Source: a virus. Taken from it: 44,474 bases of DNA. Below, piece by piece: positions 1-7,050 of the stretch (position 1 is its first letter; each line of letters starts with the position of its first letter). Position numbers and translations under genes: made by a program. Location: the IMG/VR virus record IMGVR_UViG_3300045988_095785, positions 1 to 44,474 of that record. One strand, given 5' to 3'. The notes under the pieces were generated by a model. The model did no database searches, had not been told where the DNA came from, and saw only the letters and a program-made list of their open reading frames with translations.

Positions 1-99
1 AAGTAGCTTCCACAGAGATAAAAATAGGAGCGAAGATTGGTATACCCGGTCTGGTGCAAGCAGCTATAGAATACACATCAAAACGGTGTGAAAAAAAAG
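1..99. repeat. 99-nt terminal sequence identical to 44376..44474 (circular-assembly overlap)
   Basis: Direct comparison: window positions 1-99 (aagtagcttccacag...gtgtgaaaaaaaag) equal the last 99 nt. Confidence 0.95.
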
Positions 100-512
100 C
101 GGAAAACCACAATACCGGAGACTGTGGAGCATCCAGCAATACCGGATACCGTGGAGCATCCAGCAATACCGGAGACTGTGGAGCATCCAGCAATACCGGA
201 GACTGGGGAGCATCCAGCAATACCGGATACCGTGGAGCATCCAGCAATACCGGAAACTGTGGAGCATCTTTCAGCACAGGAGAAGAAAGTACAAGTTATG
301 CAGGATGCGAAAATTCTGTAGCCGCAGCTCTGGGATTAAATGCAAAAGCTAAAGGAGTCAAAGGCGCCTATATAATATGTGCCGAATTTGAAACGGACAA
401 TGATGGGAATTACAGGATCAAAGGAATACAGCTCCACCAGGTAGACGGAGAGAAGATAAAAGAAGAAACATATTATCAGCTTATTGATGGTGTAATGACC
501 GAAGTTGATTAA
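3..512 (+). CDS. C-terminal part of the wrap-around gene (continues 44159..44375); nonapeptide-repeat protein, DUF7666-like
   Basis: The reading frame is open from the window edge and is the same frame as ORF 44159.. once the 99-nt overlap is removed. The joined product is about 242 aa. It carries G-A-S-S-N-T-G-x-x repeats. Confidence 0.8.
   Translation, partial: VASTEIKIGAKIGIPGLVQAAIEYTSKRCEKKAENHNTGDCGASSNTGYRGASSNTGDCGASSNTGDWGASSNTGYRGASSNTGNCGASFSTGEESTSYAGCENSVAAALGLNAKAKGVKGAYIICAEFETDNDGNYRIKGIQLHQVDGEKIKEETYYQLIDGVMTEVD
111..270 (+). repeat. In-frame tandem 27-bp coding repeat (about 5.5 copies) GGAGCATCCAGCAATACCGGAnACnGn
   Basis: Copies start at 126, 153, 180, 207 and 234, with a degenerate copy at 261. 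They encode GASSNTG(D/Y)(C/R/W). Confidence 0.9.
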
Positions 513-529
513 AGATACAGGAGGGCATA

Positions 530-685
530 ATGGAGAAGAGAGAAATTGTCCTAAAGGGCTTTCGGGCTATGAAAGAAATTTGTGAACAGGATCAGAGCAA
601 ATGTGCAAAGTGTCCGGTACAGGACATATGCATGGAGATAAAAGCGGAAATGGTTCCCTCTGAGATGGAACTGCCGCTGGAATAG
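530..685 (+). CDS. small hypothetical protein (51 aa, CxxC)
   Basis: ATG 530 follows AGGAGG at 519-524; stop TAG 683-685. Below the ORF-track size cutoff. Confidence 0.45.
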   Translation: MEKREIVLKGFRAMKEICEQDQSKCAKCPVQDICMEIKAEMVPSEMELPLE

Positions 686-694
686 GAGAGTGAC

Positions 695-976
695 ATGGTA
701 CACCTGATTGAAAACTATTATGCAATTACCAACAATATGGGATTTACCCTTGCCGTCGATAAAGGAAAGACGGACAAGGAAGGAAATAAAATCTATGACA
801 CCATAGGATACTGTGGGAGCTTCGAGGAGACAATTTCTCTCCTTAGACGTAAAGTTGTAGACCAACGTCTGCAAAATGGATCATACGAGCTGTCAGAGGC
901 TCTGGAGATAATCCAGGCGACAGCAGAAGAGATAAAAGAGGCGATTGAGTGTAAAGGAGGCCGTTATGACATATAG
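695..976 (+). CDS. hypothetical phage protein (93 aa)
   Basis: ORF track. AGGAG lies 6 nt upstream of the ATG. Confidence 0.6.
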   Translation: MVHLIENYYAITNNMGFTLAVDKGKTDKEGNKIYDTIGYCGSFEETISLLRRKVVDQRLQNGSYELSEALEIIQATAEEIKEAIECKGGRYDI

Positions 977-1616
977 GGAAAAATTACAGAAAGAACATCC
1001 AGGATGCATTAATGAATATAGCCTTGGTGGATGTGATGGGTGTCCTTATGAATATGAATATGAAAAAAAGAAAGAGGAAATATGCGAAGTAAGTGACGAG
1101 AAATGCAGAAAATGCTGGGACAGAGAGATCCCAGGAACGGAGGAAAAGAAGCCGTTGGATGCAGCGAGCGTAACCCTTATTGCAGAAACATATGGGCTTG
1201 AAAAACAGCTCATTAAGCTGATCGAAGAGTGTGGAGAGTTGGTAACAGCGGCAGCAAAATATGACCCGCAGTATCACTATACGATTGAGCATATAGCAGA
1301 AGAGGCCGGAGATGTACGCATTATGATCATGCAGATAGAACACCTTCTGGGGATACAGGATGCTGTTGAGGATAGTATGAAACGGAAGATTGATCGTCAG
1401 ATTGGCCGGATGAAAGAAGCTGATCTCCTGAAGCAAGGCCAAACGTTGCTTGACAGGTATCTGGAGTCAGAGCGGATCCGGATCGTGCAAGAGCTATGTC
1501 CGGATGATGTGCCGTGGTTGGTGCGCGAAATGGGAGAAAGGTGGAGAGTAAATGAATGTTGCCAAGATGGATGTGAAAAGTGCTGGGGACTTCCGTTGAA
1601 GCCGGAGGAGGTATAG
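966..1616 (+). CDS. MazG-like nucleotide pyrophosphohydrolase domain protein with Cys-rich flanks
   Basis: ATG 966 follows AAGGAGG (ORF track begins at 945). Motifs EECGELVTAA and EEAGDVRIM match the MazG-type E-x2-E / E-x2-D pattern. CxKCW motifs occur at both ends. Confidence 0.65.
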   Translation: MTYREKLQKEHPGCINEYSLGGCDGCPYEYEYEKKKEEICEVSDEKCRKCWDREIPGTEEKKPLDAASVTLIAETYGLEKQLIKLIEECGELVTAAAKYDPQYHYTIEHIAEEAGDVRIMIMQIEHLLGIQDAVEDSMKRKIDRQIGRMKEADLLKQGQTLLDRYLESERIRIVQELCPDDVPWLVREMGERWRVNECCQDGCEKCWGLPLKPEEV

Positions 1617-1618
1617 GC

Positions 1619-2101
1619 ATGGAAAGATTAACTGAAAAGATATCAAACGGCACGAGGCCAAAGACGCTTAGAGGTCTTATAAGATGGTTTGTTACACATA
1701 ATGGTATACGCAAAGATGTAATCATTGGAGAGTATAACAAGCTCTATGACAGGCTTGTAGAGTACGAGGACCTGGGTATAACACCGGAGCAGGTGAGGCA
1801 GATGGATGCAGAGTTTACCAGAGCCAGTAAGGAGCTGGCAGACTATAAAAAGTCAGTGGACCAGGGAAGGCTATTACATCTGCCATGCAAAGCAGGGGAT
1901 ACAGTGTATCTGGAAGCCGAATATGAGAATGAAATAACGGAAGGCCGAGTAACAGAAATATCAGTCCTCCCGGATGGTGTTTGTATTTACATAGAGCGGG
2001 AAATCGGCTCAGGTTGCAGTGAGGGGTACGGAGTTAATGATTTTGGATACGATGTTTTCATGAAACGGGAAGACGCGGAAAAGGCTATTAAGGAGGCATA
2101 A
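1619..2101 (+). CDS. hypothetical phage protein (160 aa)
   Basis: ATG 1619 follows GGAGGAGG. In frame with track ORF 1580..2101. Confidence 0.6.
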   Translation: MERLTEKISNGTRPKTLRGLIRWFVTHNGIRKDVIIGEYNKLYDRLVEYEDLGITPEQVRQMDAEFTRASKELADYKKSVDQGRLLHLPCKAGDTVYLEAEYENEITEGRVTEISVLPDGVCIYIEREIGSGCSEGYGVNDFGYDVFMKREDAEKAIKEA

Positions 2102-2103
2102 CC

Positions 2104-2397
2104 ATGAATGAAAAAGAGGCATTGCAAAACATAAGAAATCTGACAAAACATCTGGACAATAGTGATGATCGCTTGGTGGATACATTTAGACTGGCGATTA
2201 TCGCACTGAATAAGCAGACGCCGAAAAAACCAGATTATGAGGGCGACGGATATGACCGCAAAGGAAATATGATATATGATACATGGGTTTGCCCGAATTG
2301 CGGAGAAGAATATGAGGTTGACTATGACGATTATAAATACTGCCCGAATTGCGGACAAAGATTAGATTGGGAGGAAAACCATGCAGAAAGTTGTTAG
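2104..2397 (+). CDS. zinc-ribbon protein (CPNCG...CPNCG)
   Basis: ORF track; AAGGAGG RBS; two CPNCG motifs. Confidence 0.6.
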   Translation: MNEKEALQNIRNLTKHLDNSDDRLVDTFRLAIIALNKQTPKKPDYEGDGYDRKGNMIYDTWVCPNCGEEYEVDYDDYKYCPNCGQRLDWEENHAESC

Positions 2398-2542
2398 AAC
2401 CGTACCAACCAGAAAAGGATACTGGTATGATGAAGAGAAAATGAAATATCTGTCAGAGTTACTAAAAAATGGATGGAAAGTGGTCATGTGCAACAGGATA
2501 GGAGAAGACCTTGAATACATAGTGGAGAAGGAAGAGCCATGA
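2381..2542 (+). CDS. small hypothetical protein (53 aa)
   Basis: ATG 2381 follows GGGAGGAAA. The stop overlaps the next start (ATGA at 2539-2542). Confidence 0.45.
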   Translation: MQKVVRTVPTRKGYWYDEEKMKYLSELLKNGWKVVMCNRIGEDLEYIVEKEEP

Positions 2543-2745
2543 ACAATCAGAAAGCATTGGATGACAAAATTAGCTATGGGGTATTTTGGAAACGAAGTGG
2601 CAATGAAGAATGGACTCTATTTGCAGGGTGGCTGCCGTTCAGCAACGCCCGGAACATATACACTGGACTGGCCTTAAACCCCAGTTGCAAGGGAAGGAGA
2701 ATTGTAGAGAGGGTCGAAACATTTGAGGTTTACCAAGAGGGATAA
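2539..2745 (+). CDS. hypothetical protein (68 aa)
   Basis: ORF track; translationally coupled to the upstream ORF. Confidence 0.5.
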   Translation: MNNQKALDDKISYGVFWKRSGNEEWTLFAGWLPFSNARNIYTGLALNPSCKGRRIVERVETFEVYQEG

Positions 2746-2781
2746 AATCCGAGAAAAGAGCCATTGCAGGGAGGAGCAGCC

Positions 2782-2907
2782 ATGAAATATATTTACAGTG
2801 CCGGGCGTGTACAGATCAATGCGTCCGGGAAACAGGGGAATATGAATAAGTTCCTGTACGCAGGGACGAATAGGAAAGGCAAATCAAAAGGAAAGAGGGG
2901 AAAATAG
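2782..2907 (+). CDS. small basic hypothetical protein (41 aa)
   Basis: ATG follows GGGAGGAG. The stop abuts the next ATG. Confidence 0.3.
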   Translation: MKYIYSAGRVQINASGKQGNMNKFLYAGTNRKGKSKGKRGK

Positions 2908-3030
2908 ATGGGGTGGATTATTAGTGTACTTATACTTATTGGATATTGTGGCGCTACAAATGCCCCGGTGGGATTTTTGATAGCGGCGGGGCTGTTTGCA
3001 ATCGCTGGGGCAATAGGGTGCCATAAATAA
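2908..3030 (+). CDS. small hydrophobic (membrane) peptide (40 aa)
   Basis: ATG 2908 follows the preceding stop directly. The sequence is hydrophobic throughout. Confidence 0.3.
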   Translation: MGWIISVLILIGYCGATNAPVGFLIAAGLFAIAGAIGCHK

Positions 3031-3050
3031 TGCAAGTGATTAAAAATTAA

Positions 3051-3097
3051 GAAAGGAGCCGGCCTCGCGCGAAAAGGTATACCGGGCTTCTGAAATC
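3051..3097 (+). promoter_or_regulatory. conserved 5' leader, copy 1 (GAAAGGAGCC...GGTATACCGGGCTTCTGAAA)
   Basis: Near-duplicate of 3541-3591. AGGAGCC can pair with GGCTTCT. No SD lies next to ATG 3098. Confidence 0.5.
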
Positions 3098-3532
3098 ATG
3101 GAAATAAGACCAATAACATTTAGACAGGCAAGTGATTACATAAACCAATATCACCGGCACCATAGAGCGACGGTGGGATGTAAGTTTTGTGTGGGCCTGT
3201 ACGACAACGACAAATTAATAGGCTGTGCTGTATGCGGCCGGCCAGTAAGCAGATATTTGGATGATGGTATAACATGTGAGATTAACCGTCTGTGCACGGA
3301 CGGTACATATAATGCTTGCAGTATGCTGTATGGAGCCTGCTGCCGTGTGGCAAAAGCTATGGGGTACAAAGTGATAATCACTTACATACTGCAAACGGAG
3401 CCCGGGACCAGTCTTAAAGCCAGCAATTTCATCCGTGATGGAGAGGCCGGCGGAGAAATATGGACTGGCAACAGGCGCAGAGATAATGGAGTGCCAAGGG
3501 AAAAGAAAATCCGGTGGCATAAGAATTTGTAG
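3098..3532 (+). CDS. GNAT-fold acyltransferase-like protein, Mom / XF1762-like family (putative DNA-modification enzyme)
   Basis: ORF track. Pattern YHRHH...G-x-KF-x-GL...GRPVSR-x-LDDG...E-I-N-R-L-C-T-D-G-x-x-N-A-C-S-M-LY resembles this family. Assigned from memory. Confidence 0.6.
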   Translation: MEIRPITFRQASDYINQYHRHHRATVGCKFCVGLYDNDKLIGCAVCGRPVSRYLDDGITCEINRLCTDGTYNACSMLYGACCRVAKAMGYKVIITYILQTEPGTSLKASNFIRDGEAGGEIWTGNRRRDNGVPREKKIRWHKNL

Positions 3533-3540
3533 ATTAAGCA

Positions 3541-3591
3541 GAAAGGAGCCAGCCTCCTGCAGGGGTAAGGGTATACCGGGCTTCTGAAAAA
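3541..3591 (+). promoter_or_regulatory. conserved 5' leader, copy 2
   Basis: Shares GAAAGGAGCC(A/G)GCCTC and GGTATACCGGGCTTCTGAAA with copy 1. It sits directly before ATG 3592. Confidence 0.5.
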
Positions 3592-4074
3592 ATGGAAAAA
3601 AGAATTTTAGATGCATGTTGTGGAAGTAAGATGTTTTGGTTTGACAAGGATAATAAAGATGTGCTTTTCATGGATTGCAGGGAATTGGAGGATACCCTTT
3701 GCGATGGGAGAAGGCTCAATATTAAGCCTGATATTGTTGCAGATTTCCGTTGTATGCCATTTAAAGATAATTCATTTTATATGGTTGTATTTGATCCACC
3801 ACATTTGCTGCGTGTCGGAGAAACATCGTATATGTGTAAAAAGTATGGAAAGCTGTCAGGTGATTGGAAGAATGATATACTGAATGGCTTTACAGAGTGC
3901 ATGAGAGTGTTGAAACCAAATGGCACATTAGTTTTTAAGTGGAATGAAGAACAGATTAAATTGAGTGAAGTATTATCAATCATTCCATTTAAACCTCTTT
4001 TTGGAAATCGACGTTCAAAAACACATTGGATTTGTTTTATGAAAAATAATGATTTTCCGGAGATGATGCCATGA
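3592..4074 (+). CDS. SAM-dependent methyltransferase, probable DNA N6-A/N4-C MTase (motif I LDACCGS, motif IV FDPPH)
   Basis: ORF track. Motif I precedes DPPH. Confidence 0.7.
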   Translation: MEKRILDACCGSKMFWFDKDNKDVLFMDCRELEDTLCDGRRLNIKPDIVADFRCMPFKDNSFYMVVFDPPHLLRVGETSYMCKKYGKLSGDWKNDILNGFTECMRVLKPNGTLVFKWNEEQIKLSEVLSIIPFKPLFGNRRSKTHWICFMKNNDFPEMMP

Positions 4075-4496
4075 ATGGCCAACTTACCATATCGGACTAC
4101 CTGCATGCCAGGGACAATGTACGTTTTAAGCATTGCAGCCAGTGTGTCTGCCAGAACTGTCTATACTGGTGGTCAGGTCGATGCCCATTTGGTGGCTGCT
4201 ATGATGACAACCGGGCAAAGATAGACCCATACGATAAAGCTCACCCAGATAAGCCGCCACGGACTGCCTGGAGCAACTGGGATAAGCCGGGTGAGCAGGC
4301 GAACTGGTGTAGAGGCGGGATATTTTATCCGGTCCATTACTGCCCAGGGTTTACAAAATATAAAGGCTGCCAGGTAAAGGAGTGCCTAAAGTGCAATGTG
4401 GCAGTGTATCAGGACGGGTACATAGCATGTAGTCTGGTGGATACTCTGGGGTGCACGGAGTGCTATAAGGAGTTTTGCAAGAGTATGGAGGATTAA
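4071..4496 (+). CDS. cysteine-rich hypothetical protein (141 aa, many Cys)
   Basis: ORF track. ATGA overlap with the MTase stop. Confidence 0.6.
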   Translation: MNGQLTISDYLHARDNVRFKHCSQCVCQNCLYWWSGRCPFGGCYDDNRAKIDPYDKAHPDKPPRTAWSNWDKPGEQANWCRGGIFYPVHYCPGFTKYKGCQVKECLKCNVAVYQDGYIACSLVDTLGCTECYKEFCKSMED

Positions 4497-4500
4497 CAAG

Positions 4501-4698
4501 ATGAGGATGTGTAGTGTATGCCACACTCCAAAAGAGGAAACAGAGTTCCGGCTGATGAAAAAGCGGAACCGCCGGAACAGCTACTGTAAAGACTGCGAAC
4601 GGTGGTACATGCGGAATTATATGAGGGCATACCGGGAGATAAAGTTAAATGCTGACCTATCGGCAATACGGGGCAAGGACGAACGAGGGACCTTGTAA
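4501..4698 (+). CDS. small zinc-finger protein (C-x2-C-x21-C-x2-C), basic
   Basis: ORF track. GGAGGA lies 8 nt upstream. Confidence 0.55.
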   Translation: MRMCSVCHTPKEETEFRLMKKRNRRNSYCKDCERWYMRNYMRAYREIKLNADLSAIRGKDERGTL

Positions 4699-4880
4699 AA
4701 AAATCTCTGGAGCAAAAACCAGATAGGCAATAAAAAAGAGGGTGAGCAGATAACGCGCCGGAACGCAACGGGAGTGCCGCGCCATATGCGGATGCCAGTC
4801 GGGGGCATTGATTGGGCTGTATGCCAAAGCTGGGAGCCAGTACCGACAATTAAATTTAGAGGTGACAATGGAGGTACACC

Positions 4881-4994
4881 ATGAAAAAAATAATTAAAGA
4901 ATACATAAAGGAATCAGTGGCATATTTAAATGTCGGTATATGGATAGGAGTTGGCGTAGCGCTTGGGATGTTGGCAGCGCTTACGATTTTATGA
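4881..4994 (+). CDS. small membrane peptide (37 aa)
   Basis: ATG follows GGAGGT. C-terminal hydrophobic helix. Confidence 0.4.
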   Translation: MKKIIKEYIKESVAYLNVGIWIGVGVALGMLAALTIL

Positions 4995-5004
4995 AAGGCG
5001 AATC

Positions 5005-5199
5005 ATGAAGTGTAAGAAATGCGGCGGCAAAACGCAGGTAACGGACAGTGAGGAAACCCCAGGTGGGCATATGGTCATGCGAAGGAGGCAGTGCACAGCC
5101 TGCGGATATCGGTTTAAGACCACAGAAACATTTTGGGAGGACGTAAAGACACGAAAAAATGACAGTTTTGGAATACATGGAGAGGAGAAAAATAGATGA
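5005..5199 (+). CDS. NrdR-like zinc-ribbon-only protein
   Basis: MKCKKCGG-x-TQVTDS...RRRQCTACGYRFKTTE resembles the NrdR N-terminal zinc ribbon. There is no ATP-cone. Confidence 0.55.
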   Translation: MKCKKCGGKTQVTDSEETPGGHMVMRRRQCTACGYRFKTTETFWEDVKTRKNDSFGIHGEEKNR

Positions 5200-5483
5200 T
5201 AAGAAACGGATCAGGCTGCCCGGACCCTACATACGAGCAAGCATTGCCCGCGATCAGGCGGGAGGAAAACATAAGGGCGAGGGAAAAGCGGTACGGGGTA
5301 CGCCGGGGAGAGGTTGTACATATCATTATAGATATTAAGGACGAGGGACGGAGGGCCGTAAAGGTAAGCCGCCGGATGCAGGTTGTCAATCTGTATGAGC
5401 ATCACATTCTCCTCCGGCATAAAACAGGAGCCTGTGAGAGTTATCCGTATCAAGAGTTTATGCAGATGTGGGACAGGAGGTGA
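5196..5483 (+). CDS. hypothetical protein (95 aa)
   Basis: ORF track. ATGA overlap with the upstream stop. Confidence 0.55.
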   Translation: MIRNGSGCPDPTYEQALPAIRREENIRAREKRYGVRRGEVVHIIIDIKDEGRRAVKVSRRMQVVNLYEHHILLRHKTGACESYPYQEFMQMWDRR

Positions 5484-5488
5484 TGCCA

Positions 5489-5761
5489 ATGCATGTAATG
5501 AAATGCGATAGATGCGGTAATTATTTTGACTGTAATCAATTAAGACTTAGAATAGGCAATTGCAGCAGCGAATCGTTCGGGCACATAAGTGTAAGAGGAG
5601 TGAATAATCACTGCTGTAACTATGATCTGTGTGATGATTGTGTTGTTGACTTCTTCCGTTGGGTTAATGATCCGGGCAAGTTGATGGGAGGTGAATCCGC
5701 CAATGGACAAAAAGAAACTGGAAAGGTACAAGCCATTGAAAAGGGAGCTACTGATGATTGA
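5489..5761 (+). CDS. Cys-rich hypothetical protein
   Basis: In frame with track ORF 5468. AGGAGG lies 8 nt before ATG 5489. The start is uncertain (5483 or 5489). Confidence 0.5.
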   Translation: MHVMKCDRCGNYFDCNQLRLRIGNCSSESFGHISVRGVNNHCCNYDLCDDCVVDFFRWVNDPGKLMGGESANGQKETGKVQAIEKGATDD

Positions 5762-6131
5762 CAAGCAAATAAGCAAACTGGAGGAACGCCGGGAAGCGCT
5801 GCCTGTAGTTATGGGCAAGGTGCAGTCATCAGATCATAATTTCCCGTTTACAGAGCGGCGTGTCAGTGTGGAAATGTACGAGCCTAAGGATGCGGATAAG
5901 ATTAAGCGGGAAATTGCCAGGAAACAGGCCAGAAAAAGGCAAATAAAAGCTGAAATGGAGGAAGTAGAAGAGTTTATTGGCAGTATGCCAGAAGGAGAAG
6001 AGCGACAGGTATTTGAGCTGTATTATCTGGAAGGAATGCGACAGAGAGAGGTTGCGGACATCATAGGATTAGAACAGAGTAGCATATCAAAAAGAATTTC
6101 AACTTTTCTTCAACTTTCATACAATTCATAA
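5703..6131 (+). CDS. sigma-70 region-4-like HTH protein, putative late-gene activator (ArpU/RinA-type position)
   Basis: C-terminus ERQVFELYYLEGMRQREVADIIGLEQSSISKRI is a region-4 HTH. GGAGGTG RBS. Confidence 0.65.
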   Translation: MDKKKLERYKPLKRELLMIDKQISKLEERREALPVVMGKVQSSDHNFPFTERRVSVEMYEPKDADKIKREIARKQARKRQIKAEMEEVEEFIGSMPEGEERQVFELYYLEGMRQREVADIIGLEQSSISKRISTFLQLSYNS

Positions 6132-6138
6132 AAATATA

Positions 6139-6147
6139 TGCTATAAT
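6139..6147 (+). promoter_or_regulatory. extended -10 promoter element TGCTATAAT
   Basis: Exact TGnTATAAT lies 8 nt after the stop of the activator gene. Confidence 0.5.
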
Positions 6148-6154
6148 TAAAATA

Positions 6155-6833
6155 GAACGAGTAGAACATAAATATCCTCCGTTTGAAAGTGCGGCTGCGG
6201 GGTGTCACAGCTCCGCGGCTGAATCGCCGGTACCGCATAGGTACGTCAGGCACTGCGCAGTAAGGCGTATTGGCAGCATGGTTCCGTAAAGGAGTAGATT
6301 AACGTCGAGTATTCCAGGACTGCCGAGAGAAGACATAGCCTAAAGGGCATTTGGGTAGGGGCAATGAAAGGAACTTATGGTTGCCAGAGCAGTACGGGGT
6401 GGGTTGCGTGACTGCTATATCTTGTATAATTTTATGAGCGAGGCGATCCCGCCGCTGGGGGAACCGATTAACTACAACCTCTCCGCTGATATGATGGCAT
6501 GTTATATCAGCGAAAGCCGTGACAACCGGTAAAGAACATGGAAGACGTCCCTGGGTGGAGTTGTGAGGGGGTTCTGATACCAAAGCGGAAAAACATATTT
6601 CTGCACAGCTTGAAGTCCTGCAATGCTATAAAGCTGTAAAAAACTTTATCCGTAATAGATGAGACTGGCCGGTGATTGCAGTAGTCCGGCAATTACGGGT
6701 AGTGCTCTGGAAGTGCAAGCAGTTTATAGAGAGAACAAGATTCCCTGGTGTCCGGGGTAAGTTAGCAGTGCATATACTTTAAGCTGCTATGTCCCAGGTC
6801 TGGGATAACAGCACCGTTACGGCGGTGCAATGT
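6155..6833 (+). ncRNA. large structured non-coding RNA candidate (ROOL/GOLLD-like context), probably co-transcribed with tRNA-Asn
   Basis: About 680 nt with no plausible ORF; GC is higher than in the flanks. Many local helices are visible: GCTGATAT/ATATCAGC, ACAGCTT/AAGCTGT, GGCAA/TTGCC, GCACCG/CGGTGC, TAGCAG/CTGCTA, CCCAG/CTGGG, GTACC/GGTAC. Confidence 0.55.
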
Positions 6834-6906
6834 TGGGGATTAGCTCAGTCGGTAGAGCATGCGGCTGTTAACCGCAGTGTCGTTGGTTCAAATCCAACAT
6901 TCCCAG
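6834..6906 (+). tRNA. tRNA-Asn(GUU): tRNA-Asn (anticodon GUU)
   Basis: Folded by hand as a cloverleaf. Acceptor TGGGGAT/ATTCCCA; D arm GCTC-AGTCGGTA-GAGC; anticodon arm TGCGG-CTGTTAA-CCGCA; T arm GTTGG-TTCAAAT-CCAAC. Confidence 0.9.
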
Positions 6907-7050
6907 TAAGCTTATCTGTCGCCGGATCACCGGAGAGGCAGGGTGTATGGCAGTGTACGGAGCTCCATATGCTACAAGAGCCCCCGGGATTATCCCCCGG
7001 GGTAAGCAATCGCCTTTTGGCGTATACCGCCCCCAAAATACATTTAGACA

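Noticed and set aside
1-99. Terminal repeat as a biological DTR or LTR of a mobile element
   Set aside because: It is an exact 99-nt identity at the very contig ends, and a gene reads seamlessly across the junction. That is the signature of circular assembly overlap. Biological termini cannot be inferred from sequence alone.
111-270. Regular 27-bp repeats that could be mistaken for a CRISPR array
   Set aside because: The units are contiguous with no spacers. They are in frame within a coding gene, and no cas genes are present anywhere in the window.
64-321. ORFs 64..267(-) and 88..321(+) over the nonapeptide repeat
   Set aside because: They are alternative-frame readings of the same 27-bp repeat. 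Only the frame continuous with 44159.. gives a full-length protein with a proper start and RBS.
3611-3883. 90-aa alternative-frame ORF inside the methyltransferase gene
   Set aside because: It is nested in the same strand of a gene with clear MTase motifs. It has no RBS, and its product is Cys/Ile-rich and nonsensical.
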